Assembly: GCA_046757665.1 (NCBI GenBank)
Contig: JBHHYO010000023.1
Location: forward strand, 1 to 33,464
Reading direction: 5' to 3'
Origin: Nitrospinales bacterium
GTDB taxonomy: Bacteria > Nitrospinota > Nitrospinia > Nitrospinales > JAJDAT01
Length of the DNA: 33,464 nucleotides
The notes under the pieces are model-generated. The model was given only the letters and a program-made list of their open reading frames with translations. It was not told the DNA's origin and searched no databases. Numbering within the stretch: position 1 is the first letter of the stretch; every line of letters begins with the position of its first letter. The position numbers and the translations under genes were made by a program. Of this stretch, positions 8,049 to 17,367 are shown one piece after another.

Positions 8049-9002
8049 ATGTCATCGGAAAACTTCCCTAAAGCTTCCGGGCCGGTGTTCACGGACGATA
8101 ACCGGATAAACCTTTATTTCCTGAATGAGTTGTACGGGAATATTGCCGCGGACGTGTCTCGAAACCTGCGCCCCGTTCTGGGGTGCGACCTCCCCATCAC
8201 CGCCGGGGTGTGGGGCGGTACCTACTTGATCGCCGAGGCCGACGGCCGGTCCAAGCGCAGGATATGGCGGCTTTACTGCATTGTCAACCTGCCGCGCAAC
8301 AGCCCCCTGGACCAGCACGAAAACCTGGAGCATCTGATCGGCTTTTTCTGCCGGGCGCTCGAAACGGCTTTCCGGCCCTACGGCCTGGAGCTTAGCCTGA
8401 ACATGTGGGGCGGCAGACTGCCCTACAGCAACGCCGCCAAACCCAGCATCACCCTGCACATGACCGACGCGAGCCGGCGCGTGAAATGGTTGCGCGTCTT
8501 TTTCGTGTGGAACTCCGCCACCTGGGAGGAGTCCGTGATTCATGACACCGGCCGCAACATCAAGGTCCTCAAGGAGTCCCTGGACCTCGACCGGCGCCCC
8601 CCCGTCCGCGGAGTCGATGAACTCAAGTTTCTTCTCCAGGACGTGATCATTACCTACCGCACCCTGGAAAAAGCCTGCCACCCCGATTTTATCGAACACG
8701 CCGAACCGATTATAGAGGAAGTTACGGAACGTTTCCTCTCCGGGCTGTTCGATGAGGAACTGATCCGGGAACTTTATTTGAAAGTGTATCAAAATGCTCT
8801 GGTTTACGGATTTGAGCAGGCCTTGGAAGGCCCTTATCGCCAGGCCGGGCTCGACGTTCGGCGCATCGAGGGCTGGCCCGTGGAAAAAATCAACTGGGTC
8901 CCGGATGAACTGAAAGAAAAACTGATCCCACCCATCATCGACCTGTTTGCGGGATTCCGGGCCAACCTGGAAAAGAAATATCCGCACCTGTCGGCTTCCT
9001 GA
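8049..9002 (+). CDS. Hypothetical cytoplasmic protein (about 317 aa)
   Basis: Long ORF with protein-like composition and an upstream promoter; no family recognised. Confidence 0.8.
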   Translation: MSSENFPKASGPVFTDDNRINLYFLNELYGNIAADVSRNLRPVLGCDLPITAGVWGGTYLIAEADGRSKRRIWRLYCIVNLPRNSPLDQHENLEHLIGFFCRALETAFRPYGLELSLNMWGGRLPYSNAAKPSITLHMTDASRRVKWLRVFFVWNSATWEESVIHDTGRNIKVLKESLDLDRRPPVRGVDELKFLLQDVIITYRTLEKACHPDFIEHAEPIIEEVTERFLSGLFDEELIRELYLKVYQNALVYGFEQALEGPYRQAGLDVRRIEGWPVEKINWVPDELKEKLIPPIIDLFAGFRANLEKKYPHLSAS

Positions 9003-9030
9003 AACCGATCTCCGGCAGAACAGGCAACGG

Positions 9031-10143
9031 CTACTGGCTTTTTGCGTCAGTCGGCGGGTTGGCGTTCAACGCATTGGCGAACGCCTTGACGGATTTCTGT
9101 TGCTGTCGGATCTCGCGGTACAACTCGCCCAGGGCATAATGGGCGAGGGAGTTCTTCGGGTTGATCCGAATCACTTCATTAAATTCCGCTATGGCATCGT
9201 CGTACCGGCCTTCTTCCCGGTATATCGACCCCAGGTAGGAGTGCGCGACTTCCAGATTGGGATTGAGCCGGACGACTTCCTTGAATTCCCGGATGGCCTT
9301 CGGAGATTTCTGTAGCCCGCCCGAATGGCTTTCGAGGTTCCGGTAGGCGATTCCAAGATTGAGATGGGCGGCGAGCAACTCCGAATCAATTTCCAGCGCT
9401 TGTTTGAACTCCGCGATGGCTTCATCGTACCGTCCGAAGGCAATGTAAGTCTCGCCCAGGGCCAGGTGAATCAAGGCATTTTCCGGTCTGAGCTTCAAGG
9501 TTTCCTTGAGTTCGCGGGTGGCTTTCTGGTAGCGGCCGATTTTTTTATAGGCGAGACCCAGGGAAAAATGGGCTTCGGTGTTTTTCGGATCGACTTCGAC
9601 GGCCTTTTTCAGGAACGGGATCGCTTTTTTGTATTTTCCCGCTTTCTTGAGAATATGGCCGATAGGGTAATAAGCCTCGACCACTTTCGGTTTCAGTTTG
9701 ATGGCTTGATTTAATTCTCTCAGGGCGTTTCGGTATTGTCCGATTGTTTTGTAGGCCAGGCCCAGGTTGTAATGGGCTTTGGGGTCGTTCGGATGGTCCT
9801 TGACCGCCCGCATGTATTCCCCGATCGCTTGCTTGGCCTTGGTTTTTTTCTTGTTGGCGTCCTGGGATTTACCCAGGGCGACGTAAGCGCCGCCCAGGGC
9901 GATCTGCGCCTGGGTGTTCGCCGGGTTGATTTTTACCGCTTCCTTGAGAGCGTCGATGGCCTTTTGATACTGCCCGAGTTTCTGATAGGCGACGCCCAGA
10001 TCATAATAGGCCTTGCCGTTGGCGGGATTTTTTTGAACGGCTGTTTTCAAGGTTTCGATTGCGGGGTCCTCCGCGGCGGTTTCCGCGGCAAACCCGGCAA
10101 GGCAAAGCAAAACAATCAAAAGGGTGCTTAATGTTTTATTCAT
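9031..10143 (-). CDS. Exported tetratricopeptide-repeat protein
   Basis: Signal peptide MNKTLSTLLIVLLCLAGFAA followed by many AHYNLGLAY...A...L...P TPR units. Confidence 0.92.
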   Translation of the reverse strand: MNKTLSTLLIVLLCLAGFAAETAAEDPAIETLKTAVQKNPANGKAYYDLGVAYQKLGQYQKAIDALKEAVKINPANTQAQIALGGAYVALGKSQDANKKKTKAKQAIGEYMRAVKDHPNDPKAHYNLGLAYKTIGQYRNALRELNQAIKLKPKVVEAYYPIGHILKKAGKYKKAIPFLKKAVEVDPKNTEAHFSLGLAYKKIGRYQKATRELKETLKLRPENALIHLALGETYIAFGRYDEAIAEFKQALEIDSELLAAHLNLGIAYRNLESHSGGLQKSPKAIREFKEVVRLNPNLEVAHSYLGSIYREEGRYDDAIAEFNEVIRINPKNSLAHYALGELYREIRQQQKSVKAFANALNANPPTDAKSQ

Positions 10144-10272
10144 GAAAACCGCCCCCATAGTGGATTTTGGATTAAGGACCACTATACCACTTTGGATTTG
10201 ATTTAGACATATGATTAAACCCGAATGCGCGAACGGCTCGGCGGGGAGATTCGAGTCTTGGCCCGCGCGCCG

Positions 10273-10593
10273 TCATTCGGTTTCCACGGGCCATCCCTGC
10301 TCGCGCCACCGTTGCATACCGCCGTCCTTGACGCAGACAATGTTGGTCAGCCCGGCGTCTGTCAGGGTTTGAGCGGCCATTTGGGCGCGGCCGCCCATTT
10401 TGCAATGTACGTACACCGTCCGGTAGGAACGAAGCTCGTCCACGATGGAATCCACTTCTTCGTGATTGGTGTTTTTAGCCCCCTTGATATGGCCTTCCCT
10501 GAATTCTTCCGCGCTCCGCACGTCCAGGATGAGTTCGTTCGATTCCAGTTTGTCGTACCGGTCATGAAGTTGATCGACAGAAATAGTTTCCAT
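10273..10593 (-). CDS. Single-domain rhodanese-like sulfurtransferase
   Basis: ILDVRSAEEFREGHIKGA, active-site loop CKMGGRA, GGMQRW; GAGGT RBS. Confidence 0.92.
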   Translation of the reverse strand: METISVDQLHDRYDKLESNELILDVRSAEEFREGHIKGAKNTNHEEVDSIVDELRSYRTVYVHCKMGGRAQMAAQTLTDAGLTNIVCVKDGGMQRWREQGWPVETE

Positions 10594-10656
10594 GGGTGTT
10601 ACCTCGAAAAAAGGGTTTGTCACGGATGAAACCGGCCCGGTTGGACGACGCGACGA

Positions 10657-10669
10657 TAATTTTTTGATT
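10657..10669 (-). promoter_or_regulatory. Candidate IHF site upstream of the flgF promoter
   Basis: AATCAAAAAATTA matches WATCAANNNNTTR exactly. A one-mismatch copy (TTTCAATATATTA, minus strand) lies at 10793-10805. Confidence 0.35.
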
Positions 10670-10721
10670 AGTTAAATATAAAAAGGATTCACCCGGTTGC
10701 AAAGGGATTTTTTTCTCGAAA

Positions 10722-10734
10722 GGCAGAAACTGCC
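10722..10734. promoter_or_regulatory. Candidate enhancer for a sigma54 activator (GGCA-N5-TGCC)
   Basis: Palindrome GGCAGAAACTGCC about 130 bp upstream of a -24/-12 promoter; similar motifs occur upstream of flgJ. Confidence 0.45.
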
Positions 10735-10852
10735 GACGGTTTTTTGACGTCGGCGGCGGCGCGGTGGTTTTTCATCCTGTGTCCCAATCTCATAATATAT
10801 TGAAATCAAACAAGTTGTTGTCAATGTTCCGACGTTTTCCCGTAGCTTCGGC

Positions 10853-10871
10853 TTTTGGTATAGAAATTGCT
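10853..10871 (+). promoter_or_regulatory. Sigma54 (-24/-12) promoter of the flgF operon
   Basis: TTTTGG-TATAGAAATT-GCT: GG 10857-10858, N10, GC 10869-10870. Confidence 0.75.
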
Positions 10872-10907
10872 TTTATTCGTCATGAAAATCTGGTTCAGGA
10901 GAAAAAA

Positions 10908-11702
10908 ATGAATGAAGGCATCTTTATAGCGGTTTCCGGGGTCATGAAGCAGACCCGCAAGATGGAGGTCCTGAGTAATAATCTGGCCAACCTGAACAAC
11001 GTGGGATTCAAGAAAGACCAACTGGTCTTTGAGGCGTTGATGCCCCCGTTTAAACAGGATACGAGTTTAGAGGCCGGCCGCAACGTTTTGTTGCCGGCGT
11101 CGCAGTCGAATGCAAACGTGGCTTATGTCGGCGTGTCCGGGTTTGCCACCGACATGGCGCAGGGGACATTGGAAAAAACCGGCAACATGTTCGACCTGGC
11201 ATTGGACGGGGAAGGTTATTTTGCCGTGCAAACTCCCGATGGCGTCCGGTACACGCGCAAGGGCAACTTCCAGTTGGATACTAAACTCCAACTGACGACG
11301 CAAAACGGGTTTCCGGTTTTGAACGAGCAGGGCAACCCCCTGGTTATTCAGCAGGGGGGGAGCAATGTCAGCATTGACGTCAACGGCACGATTTCCTCCG
11401 GCGCGGCCTTGAACAATCTGCCGGTGGGCAAAATCAGGGTTTTGAAATTCACTGATGGCGCGTTGCTGGAAAAACAGGGCGACGGTTTGTACAAGACGGT
11501 GGATCCGACCCAAACGGGACAGCCGGCGCCGGGTACCGTGGTGCGCCAGGGGTTTCTTGAACAATCGAACGTCAACAGCGTCGAGGAAATGACCAAAATG
11601 ATCACGACGGTTCGCGGCTTTGAAGGCATGCAACGGCTGATTCGTGGTTTGGATCAAATTGACGGGCAGGCCGCCAACACTCTGGGACGGTTAAACCCAT
11701 AG
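10908..11702 (+). CDS. flgF: Flagellar basal-body rod protein FlgF
   Basis: SNNLANLNNVGFKKD, TGNMFDLALDGEGYF, YTRKGNF and LEQSNVNSVEEM motifs; precedes flgG; AGGAG RBS. Confidence 0.92.
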   Translation: MNEGIFIAVSGVMKQTRKMEVLSNNLANLNNVGFKKDQLVFEALMPPFKQDTSLEAGRNVLLPASQSNANVAYVGVSGFATDMAQGTLEKTGNMFDLALDGEGYFAVQTPDGVRYTRKGNFQLDTKLQLTTQNGFPVLNEQGNPLVIQQGGSNVSIDVNGTISSGAALNNLPVGKIRVLKFTDGALLEKQGDGLYKTVDPTQTGQPAPGTVVRQGFLEQSNVNSVEEMTKMITTVRGFEGMQRLIRGLDQIDGQAANTLGRLNP

Positions 11703-11774
11703 GGGCCGCTTCTCATCAAAGGTTAATCGGTTTCGCCGCCAGGCGATCCCAAAAATAGGAAAGGAAGGTTTTTT

Positions 11775-12563
11775 ATGATTCGTTCATTGTTTACCGCTTC
11801 CACGGGCATGAAAGCCCAGGACCTCAACGTGAGCGTGATCGCCAACAACCTGGCGAACGTGAACACGGTGGGATTCAAGCGAAGCCGGGCGGATTTTCAA
11901 GACCTGTTGTACCAAACCTTGCGATTGGTGGGAACGTTGTCGCAGAACGGCAACACCGTGCCTACCGGTATGCAGTTGGGACTGGGCGTTAAACCCGCCG
12001 CCATTCAGAAAACTTTTCTGCAAGGCGACTTCGCGCAGACCGAGAACCCTCTGGACCTGGCCATCCAGGGCAAGGGGTTTTTCCAGATTCTCGAGCCGAA
12101 CGGCACCATCGCCTATACCCGCGGCGGTTCCTTCAAGGTGGACAATATCGGCCGGGTCGTGAATTCCGACGGCCTGTTGCTCACTCCGGCCATCACCGTG
12201 CCGCCCAACTTCCTGGCGCTGTCCATTGACCCCCAGGGAACGGTTTCGGTAACGCAGTCGGGTTCGCCGGTGCCCGCCGTCATCGGCAACATCCAGTTGG
12301 CCACTTTCTTGAATCCTCCCGGTTTGTCATCCATCGGATTCAATCTGTTTGAGCAGAGCAATGCCTCGGGGCCGCCGACACTGGGCAATCCGGGGATCCT
12401 TGATGCCGGCACCATCCAGCAGGGTTTCCTCGAACTATCCAACGTCAGCGTCGTGGAAGAGATGGTGAACCTGATCACCGCCCAGCGGGCGTATGAAGTG
12501 AATTCGAAAACGGTGCAGGCCGCCGATGAAATGCTGCAAATTTCCAACAACCTCAGACGGTAA
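11775..12563 (+). CDS. flgG: Flagellar distal rod protein FlgG
   Basis: [37 protein letters not shown] and [23 protein letters not shown] motifs. Confidence 0.97.
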   Translation: MIRSLFTASTGMKAQDLNVSVIANNLANVNTVGFKRSRADFQDLLYQTLRLVGTLSQNGNTVPTGMQLGLGVKPAAIQKTFLQGDFAQTENPLDLAIQGKGFFQILEPNGTIAYTRGGSFKVDNIGRVVNSDGLLLTPAITVPPNFLALSIDPQGTVSVTQSGSPVPAVIGNIQLATFLNPPGLSSIGFNLFEQSNASGPPTLGNPGILDAGTIQQGFLELSNVSVVEEMVNLITAQRAYEVNSKTVQAADEMLQISNNLRR

Positions 12564-12617
12564 TTATTGTGAGACCGAGCAGGTTTTTCATGGTTGCACT
12601 TCTGGAGGCGTGAATCG

Positions 12618-13364
12618 ATGCGTAAAACCGAGAGAGTTTTTAAAATTGTCCTGACCGTATTCGGCGTTTGTTGTTTGACAACGGCATTTGCCCTGGCCGC
12701 TCCGGGAACCGGCTCCCGGGAAACGCAGACCTTGACTTCCGGGGAAATCGTGCGCCAGGGAACCGAATTCCTTCGCGGGATCATGGCTCAGGACGATGAA
12801 GATATTAAGATGACCGTGGAATACCGGGGCAAGGACATGGTTCTGCCCGCGGGTATTCTGCACCTGGAATTCCATCTTGACGGCGGTGTCCGGCGGGCTG
12901 GGCGAATACCCCTGATGGCGAAAATCAAGGTCGATGGCGTTTTAAAACGCGGCGTCTGGCTCACGGCTTTCGTCAAGGCGTATTCCGATGTCGTGAAAAC
13001 CCGGCATCCGCTTCGGGGCGGGCAGATTGTCACCGCGGACGACGTGGTCCTGGAACGCCAGTTGATGAACTCCACGAACGCCCGGGCGGCCACCACCCTG
13101 GACGAGGTGGTGGGGTTTAAAGCTCTCCGCAACCTCGGCGCCGGCGTCGTGCTGACCCCGGACGTGCTGAGGCAAGTCCCGCTCGTCAAACGGGGAGACC
13201 GCGTCCGCCTCATCGTCGAAAAAGGGATCATGAAAATCACCGCCCTGGGCGTTGTCAAGGAAAACGGGTTCAGGGGAAATTTCGTCAAAGTCGAAAATAT
13301 ACGATCCAAAAAAGTCGTTTATGGCCGGGTGGTTGATTCGCACACCGTACAGGTGGAATTTTGA
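12618..13364 (+). CDS. flgA: P-ring formation chaperone FlgA
   Basis: Signal peptide, SAF-like domain and PLVKRGDRV...G...VKVENIRSKKVVYGRV; position between flgG and flgH; GGAGG RBS. Confidence 0.92.
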   Translation: MRKTERVFKIVLTVFGVCCLTTAFALAAPGTGSRETQTLTSGEIVRQGTEFLRGIMAQDDEDIKMTVEYRGKDMVLPAGILHLEFHLDGGVRRAGRIPLMAKIKVDGVLKRGVWLTAFVKAYSDVVKTRHPLRGGQIVTADDVVLERQLMNSTNARAATTLDEVVGFKALRNLGAGVVLTPDVLRQVPLVKRGDRVRLIVEKGIMKITALGVVKENGFRGNFVKVENIRSKKVVYGRVVDSHTVQVEF

Positions 13365-13366
13365 CT

Positions 13367-14089
13367 ATGAATCTTTTGCCTCATTGGCATCGAATTGCCG
13401 CAATAGGGCTGGCGGGTTTGCTGACCGTCTCCTTGTCGGCCTGCGTAACGCATCATCCGGTGAAATCCTCCTTCCCGGAAAAGAAAGAGCGCATTTATCC
13501 TCAAGCGCCGCATCGGCAAGAGGGGTCTGTGTGGAAGGGCGACTCGTTCGATAACGTGCTGTTTTCCGATGCCAAGGCCCGGAACGTCGGAGATATCGTC
13601 ACCATCGTCGTCGAGGAGAACACGAGTTCCTCGCAGACCGCGACCACCCAAACTTCGAGACAAACGGATATGAACCTTCAAACCGGCAAGTTGCTGGGTC
13701 TGCCCAGCAATCTCGGCATCCAGAATTTCCTGGGTTTGGGGAATGGATTTAATCCCAATCTCGACGCGAAAACGGACAAGTCCTTTGACGGTTCGGGGAG
13801 CACGACCCGGAACGGCACTTTGACTTCGACGATCACCGCGGTGATCAAGGAGGTTCTGCCTGACGACAATTTTGTTATCGAAGGCCGCCGCTCGGTCACC
13901 ATCAACAACGAAGAACAGATCATGATTCTCACCGGCGTCATTCGCTATCAGGATATCGGGTTCGACAACTCGGTTTCGTCGCGGTTGATCGCCGACGCCT
14001 CCATCACCTACTCGGGCACAGGAGTGGTCGCCGACGAACAGCGGGTCGGCTGGGGGACTCGGCTCATCAGTTGGATATGGCCTTTTTAG
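13367..14089 (+). CDS. flgH: Flagellar L-ring lipoprotein FlgH
   Basis: Lipobox LSAC, DAKARNVGDIVTI, TGVIRYQDI...NSVSSRLIADA and C-terminal WPF. Confidence 0.96.
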   Translation: MNLLPHWHRIAAIGLAGLLTVSLSACVTHHPVKSSFPEKKERIYPQAPHRQEGSVWKGDSFDNVLFSDAKARNVGDIVTIVVEENTSSSQTATTQTSRQTDMNLQTGKLLGLPSNLGIQNFLGLGNGFNPNLDAKTDKSFDGSGSTTRNGTLTSTITAVIKEVLPDDNFVIEGRRSVTINNEEQIMILTGVIRYQDIGFDNSVSSRLIADASITYSGTGVVADEQRVGWGTRLISWIWPF

Positions 14090-14104
14090 GGGCATGGATT
14101 TAGA

Positions 14105-14515
14105 ATGATACCTAGAGCGAAATTTTTGTTGCTTGTGTTGTTATTCGGGTTCGCCGGCCTGGCCGGATGCGAGTCGGACGTGGCTAACCGCGTAGGAGTA
14201 AGCTCCGGCGGCCTCATCGTTGCCATCAAGCAATTTTCCGGCAATGCGGGACTTTCGGCGGACGGCGCCAGCCAGGCCACCATTCGAGTAGAAGTTTTCA
14301 CCAACGCCGGCCAGACGGTGGACGGCGCGCAGGTGTTTCTGACGACGACGCTGGGAACGCTGGGGGAAACGAATCTGACCACGACCGCCGGCGTGGCCTT
14401 GACCACGCTGACCGCGGGCACCGTGCCGGGAACGGCTTTTGTGGTTGCCTCCGTGGAAAATGTCAGCGCCACGATCGCCGTGCAAATCGTCAACATCAGC
14501 ACCGAGGCGGGATGA
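14105..14515 (+). CDS. Lipoprotein with one bacterial Ig-like (Big_1/invasin-type) domain
   Basis: Lipobox LAGC; ADGASQATIRVEV...G..V.G..V...TTLGTL...TT..G.A..TLTAG..PG.A.V.A pattern. Confidence 0.8.
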   Translation: MIPRAKFLLLVLLFGFAGLAGCESDVANRVGVSSGGLIVAIKQFSGNAGLSADGASQATIRVEVFTNAGQTVDGAQVFLTTTLGTLGETNLTTTAGVALTTLTAGTVPGTAFVVASVENVSATIAVQIVNISTEAG

Positions 14516-15477
14516 TCATGAGTGACTTGAAAGTTTTTCGGAAAATCGGCAGTCGTTCGTGGCTCGCGCCACATGCCGGACTCTTACTGTTGCTGGGCGC
14601 CGTGCTTCTTGCGGGGTGTGACAACTCCTCCAGCGGCGGCGGGCCGCTTGGCCCCTCCAACACCGCTACCTCCGCCGCCTTGATTCAGGTCACGCCGTCG
14701 TCGGCGACGGTTATCAAGGGAGACGTCATTACCTTCACCGCCGCGGGTGGCACGGGGACGTTCACCTGGAGCGTCAGCGATCCCACGCTGGCTTCCATTG
14801 TTTCCACCACCGGCGTGTTTACCGCCGCGAGCAAAACCGGAACGGTGACTGTCACCGCGATCGATTCCAACGGCGCGCGAGGGACGGCGACCATTTCGAT
14901 TGCCACGAAAACCCTGATCATTGTTCCCGCGAATTCCAAGGTCGGCAAGGGCGCGACACAGGCCTTTGCCGTCAACGGGGCCACCGCGCCCGTCTTCTGG
15001 TCAACGGACAACACGACCATCGGCAGTATAGACGTCAACACCGGCCTCTTTACCGCGGGGATCACCGCGGGAACGGTCAACGTAACGGTCCTGGATGCCG
15101 ACGGCGACACCGCTTCGGCGTCCGTGGAGGTCATTCCCAACGTCATTACCGTGACTCCGGCATCCGTCAGTTTTTCCGCGGTGCCGGTCCCCGACCCGGT
15201 ATTTACCGCGGCGGGTGGATCGGGATCGTTTACTTTCCTGCTTTCCGGAGCGACGAATTCCTTTGCCGGCGCGGCCATTGGCACCGCCGCCGGCAATGTG
15301 ACGGCAACCACCGCGTTGGTCGACGTCACAGCCATGCCTACGGGCAACACTCTGGTCGCCACCGTTTGTACCGCCGGCCAGGGCACGCAAACGCTGACGA
15401 TTACCGCGACGGACAGCAACGGCGACTCCGGCACCGCACAGTTGACATTGATTGCGACGGACGCATGTACTCTGTAG
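14512..15477 (+). CDS. Lipoprotein with about three tandem bacterial Ig-like (Big_2-type) domains
   Basis: Lipobox LAGC; repeated VTP...FTAAGG.G.F.WS.....I....G.FTA....GTV.VT..D..G units; ATGA overlap with the upstream gene. Confidence 0.82.
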   Translation: MIMSDLKVFRKIGSRSWLAPHAGLLLLLGAVLLAGCDNSSSGGGPLGPSNTATSAALIQVTPSSATVIKGDVITFTAAGGTGTFTWSVSDPTLASIVSTTGVFTAASKTGTVTVTAIDSNGARGTATISIATKTLIIVPANSKVGKGATQAFAVNGATAPVFWSTDNTTIGSIDVNTGLFTAGITAGTVNVTVLDADGDTASASVEVIPNVITVTPASVSFSAVPVPDPVFTAAGGSGSFTFLLSGATNSFAGAAIGTAAGNVTATTALVDVTAMPTGNTLVATVCTAGQGTQTLTITATDSNGDSGTAQLTLIATDACTL

Positions 15478-15491
15478 CCTCGAACACGGGA

Positions 15492-16640
15492 ATGAATCGT
15501 ATGTCTTTCTTTCAGGTTCAAAAAAAGTGGGTTGCCGCCCTGGCGCTGGTCTTTCTGATGGCGGATACGGCGGCCGCCGCCCGCATCAAGGACCTGGTGA
15601 ACATCCGGGGGGTTCGTAACAACCAGTTGATCGGCTTTGGGTTGGTGATCGGCTTGAGGAGCACGGGTGACACCGCGACCAACGTTTTCTTTGCCATCCA
15701 GACCGTGGTCAATATGCTGAAAAAGCTGGGGATCACCGTGCCGGACAACAAGGTGGACCAGTTGCAGTTCAAGAATGTCGCCACCGTGGTGGTGACGGCG
15801 GACCTGCCGCCGTTTTCCCTCCAGGGCGACCGCATTGACGTGGTGGTTTCCTCGCTGGGTAATGCCAGCAGTTTGCAGGGGGGAACGTTGCTGATGACGG
15901 CCTTGAAGGGGTCCGACGGCGAAACCTACGCCCTGGCCCAGGGGCCCTTGTCCATCGGCGGATTTTCGGTGCAGGGCGCCGCCCGCGGTGTCCAGAAAAA
16001 CCACCTGCTGGTCGGCCGGGTCGCCAACGGCGGAGTGGTGGAAAAAGAAGTGCCGAAATCCAAATCTTCCCAAACGTTCAACTCCAAGAAGGAAATCGTT
16101 CTTTCCTTGAAAAATAACGACTTCACCACCGCGGCAAGGATTGCCCGGGCCATCAACACCGAAATGAAAGAAGCCTTCGCCGCCCCTGTGGATGGCCGCG
16201 CGGTGCGCGTAAGAATTCCCCCGTTTTATAAAGACAACACCTCGGCCTTCATCACCCGGATCGAAAGTTTGGAAGTCCGGCCGGATTCCTCCGCCAAGGT
16301 GATCGTCGATGAGCGGACGGGCACCGTGGTGATGGGTGAAAACGTCCGCATTTCCACCGTAGCCGTAGCCCACGGGTCGCTTTTCGTGCAAATCCGCGAA
16401 CAACCGATTGCCGTTCAACCCGAGCCCCTCAGCCCAGGAGGGCAAACCGCGATTGTTCCCCGAACCCGGGTGACCGTCGAAGAGGGCGAAGACCGGCTTC
16501 TGGTCGTCCCTCATGGGGTCGGCATCGGCGATGTCGTCAATGCCCTGAATTCCATCGGCGTGACGCCGCGGGACCTGATCTCCATTCTCCAGGCCATTAA
16601 GGCCGCCGGCGCGTTACATGCCGATCTGGAGATTATGTGA
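15492..16640 (+). CDS. flgI: Flagellar P-ring protein FlgI
   Basis: ARIKDLVNIRGVRNNQLIGFGLVIGL, SLQGGTLLMT, DERTGTVVMG and ILQAIKAAGALHA motifs. Start 15492 or 15501. Confidence 0.97.
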   Translation: MNRMSFFQVQKKWVAALALVFLMADTAAAARIKDLVNIRGVRNNQLIGFGLVIGLRSTGDTATNVFFAIQTVVNMLKKLGITVPDNKVDQLQFKNVATVVVTADLPPFSLQGDRIDVVVSSLGNASSLQGGTLLMTALKGSDGETYALAQGPLSIGGFSVQGAARGVQKNHLLVGRVANGGVVEKEVPKSKSSQTFNSKKEIVLSLKNNDFTTAARIARAINTEMKEAFAAPVDGRAVRVRIPPFYKDNTSAFITRIESLEVRPDSSAKVIVDERTGTVVMGENVRISTVAVAHGSLFVQIREQPIAVQPEPLSPGGQTAIVPRTRVTVEEGEDRLLVVPHGVGIGDVVNALNSIGVTPRDLISILQAIKAAGALHADLEIM

Positions 16641-16700
16641 CCGGTGTTGTGGCTCGCCTCCTGTTCCTGATTTTTCACCGTTGCGCGCCTGCCGTCGAAG

Positions 16701-16742
16701 GGCAAATTTTTCCCCTGACTCGTTGAAACGGCAAAAATGGCC
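16701..16742. promoter_or_regulatory. Two candidate enhancer motifs upstream of flgJ
   Basis: GGCAAATTTTTCC (16701-16713) and GGCAAAAATGGCC (16730-16742), each one mismatch from GGCA-N5-TGCC. Confidence 0.4.
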
Positions 16743-16835
16743 CGACCCCTGCCTTTTGGCTCTCAAGGGCGGCTTCGCAATGGGTTGTTTTTCCACGAAT
16801 TAGATGGTCCGCGCAAAAAGGCGTTGCCTGCCGGT

Positions 16836-16854
16836 TTTTGGTATATGGTTTGCA
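16836..16854 (+). promoter_or_regulatory. Sigma54 (-24/-12) promoter of flgJ-flgN-flgK-flgL
   Basis: TTTTGG-TATATGGTTT-GCA: GG 16840-16841, N10, GC 16852-16853; shares TTTTGGTATA with the flgF promoter. Confidence 0.75.
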
Positions 16855-16944
16855 ACGATAAAGTTTGACTTCAGTTCCGACTTTTTCGGAACGGGTTTTT
16901 TGCGGGACCCGGATTAACGCAAACCTGGAAAATGTGAGGATTCC

Positions 16945-17367
16945 ATGGACATCATGCCTTCGGCGAGAATTCATCCCAGCATCTCAAACAAAATGAGCGA
17001 GCGGAAAATTGAAGACATCCGGATGAAATTGCAGATGCCCGGCACGGGAAAAACCGAGGATGAACTGATGTCGGTCGCCAGGGATTTTGAATCGATCCTG
17101 CTTTACAAAATGGTGGAGTCCATGCGAAGCACCGTGCCGAAATCGGGGCTTTTTGACAGTTTTTCCATGGAAACGTTTCAGTCCATGATGGATCAGGAAA
17201 TCGCCAATGAGATGGCCAAGAAAAAGGGAGTGGGTCTTGCAGACATGGTGTACCGGCAGTTGTCCCGCTTACAGGACATACAGGAGAAGCGCAATGCCGT
17301 TTCCCCGAATGCCGGACGTGAACAAAAACTCCCGATCAATGTCGGGACGCACGGAGAAAACAAATGA
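16945..17367 (+). CDS. flgJ: Rod-binding protein FlgJ (no muramidase domain)
   Basis: VARDFESILLYKMVESMRSTVP...FQSMMDQEIA...GVGLADMVYRQL motif. Confidence 0.9.
   Translation: MDIMPSARIHPSISNKMSERKIEDIRMKLQMPGTGKTEDELMSVARDFESILLYKMVESMRSTVPKSGLFDSFSMETFQSMMDQEIANEMAKKKGVGLADMVYRQLSRLQDIQEKRNAVSPNAGREQKLPINVGTHGENK

Noticed and set aside
9031-10143. Repetitive DNA that might suggest an array
   Set aside because: Explained by protein-level TPR repeats; no CRISPR-like repeat-spacer structure was found anywhere in the window.
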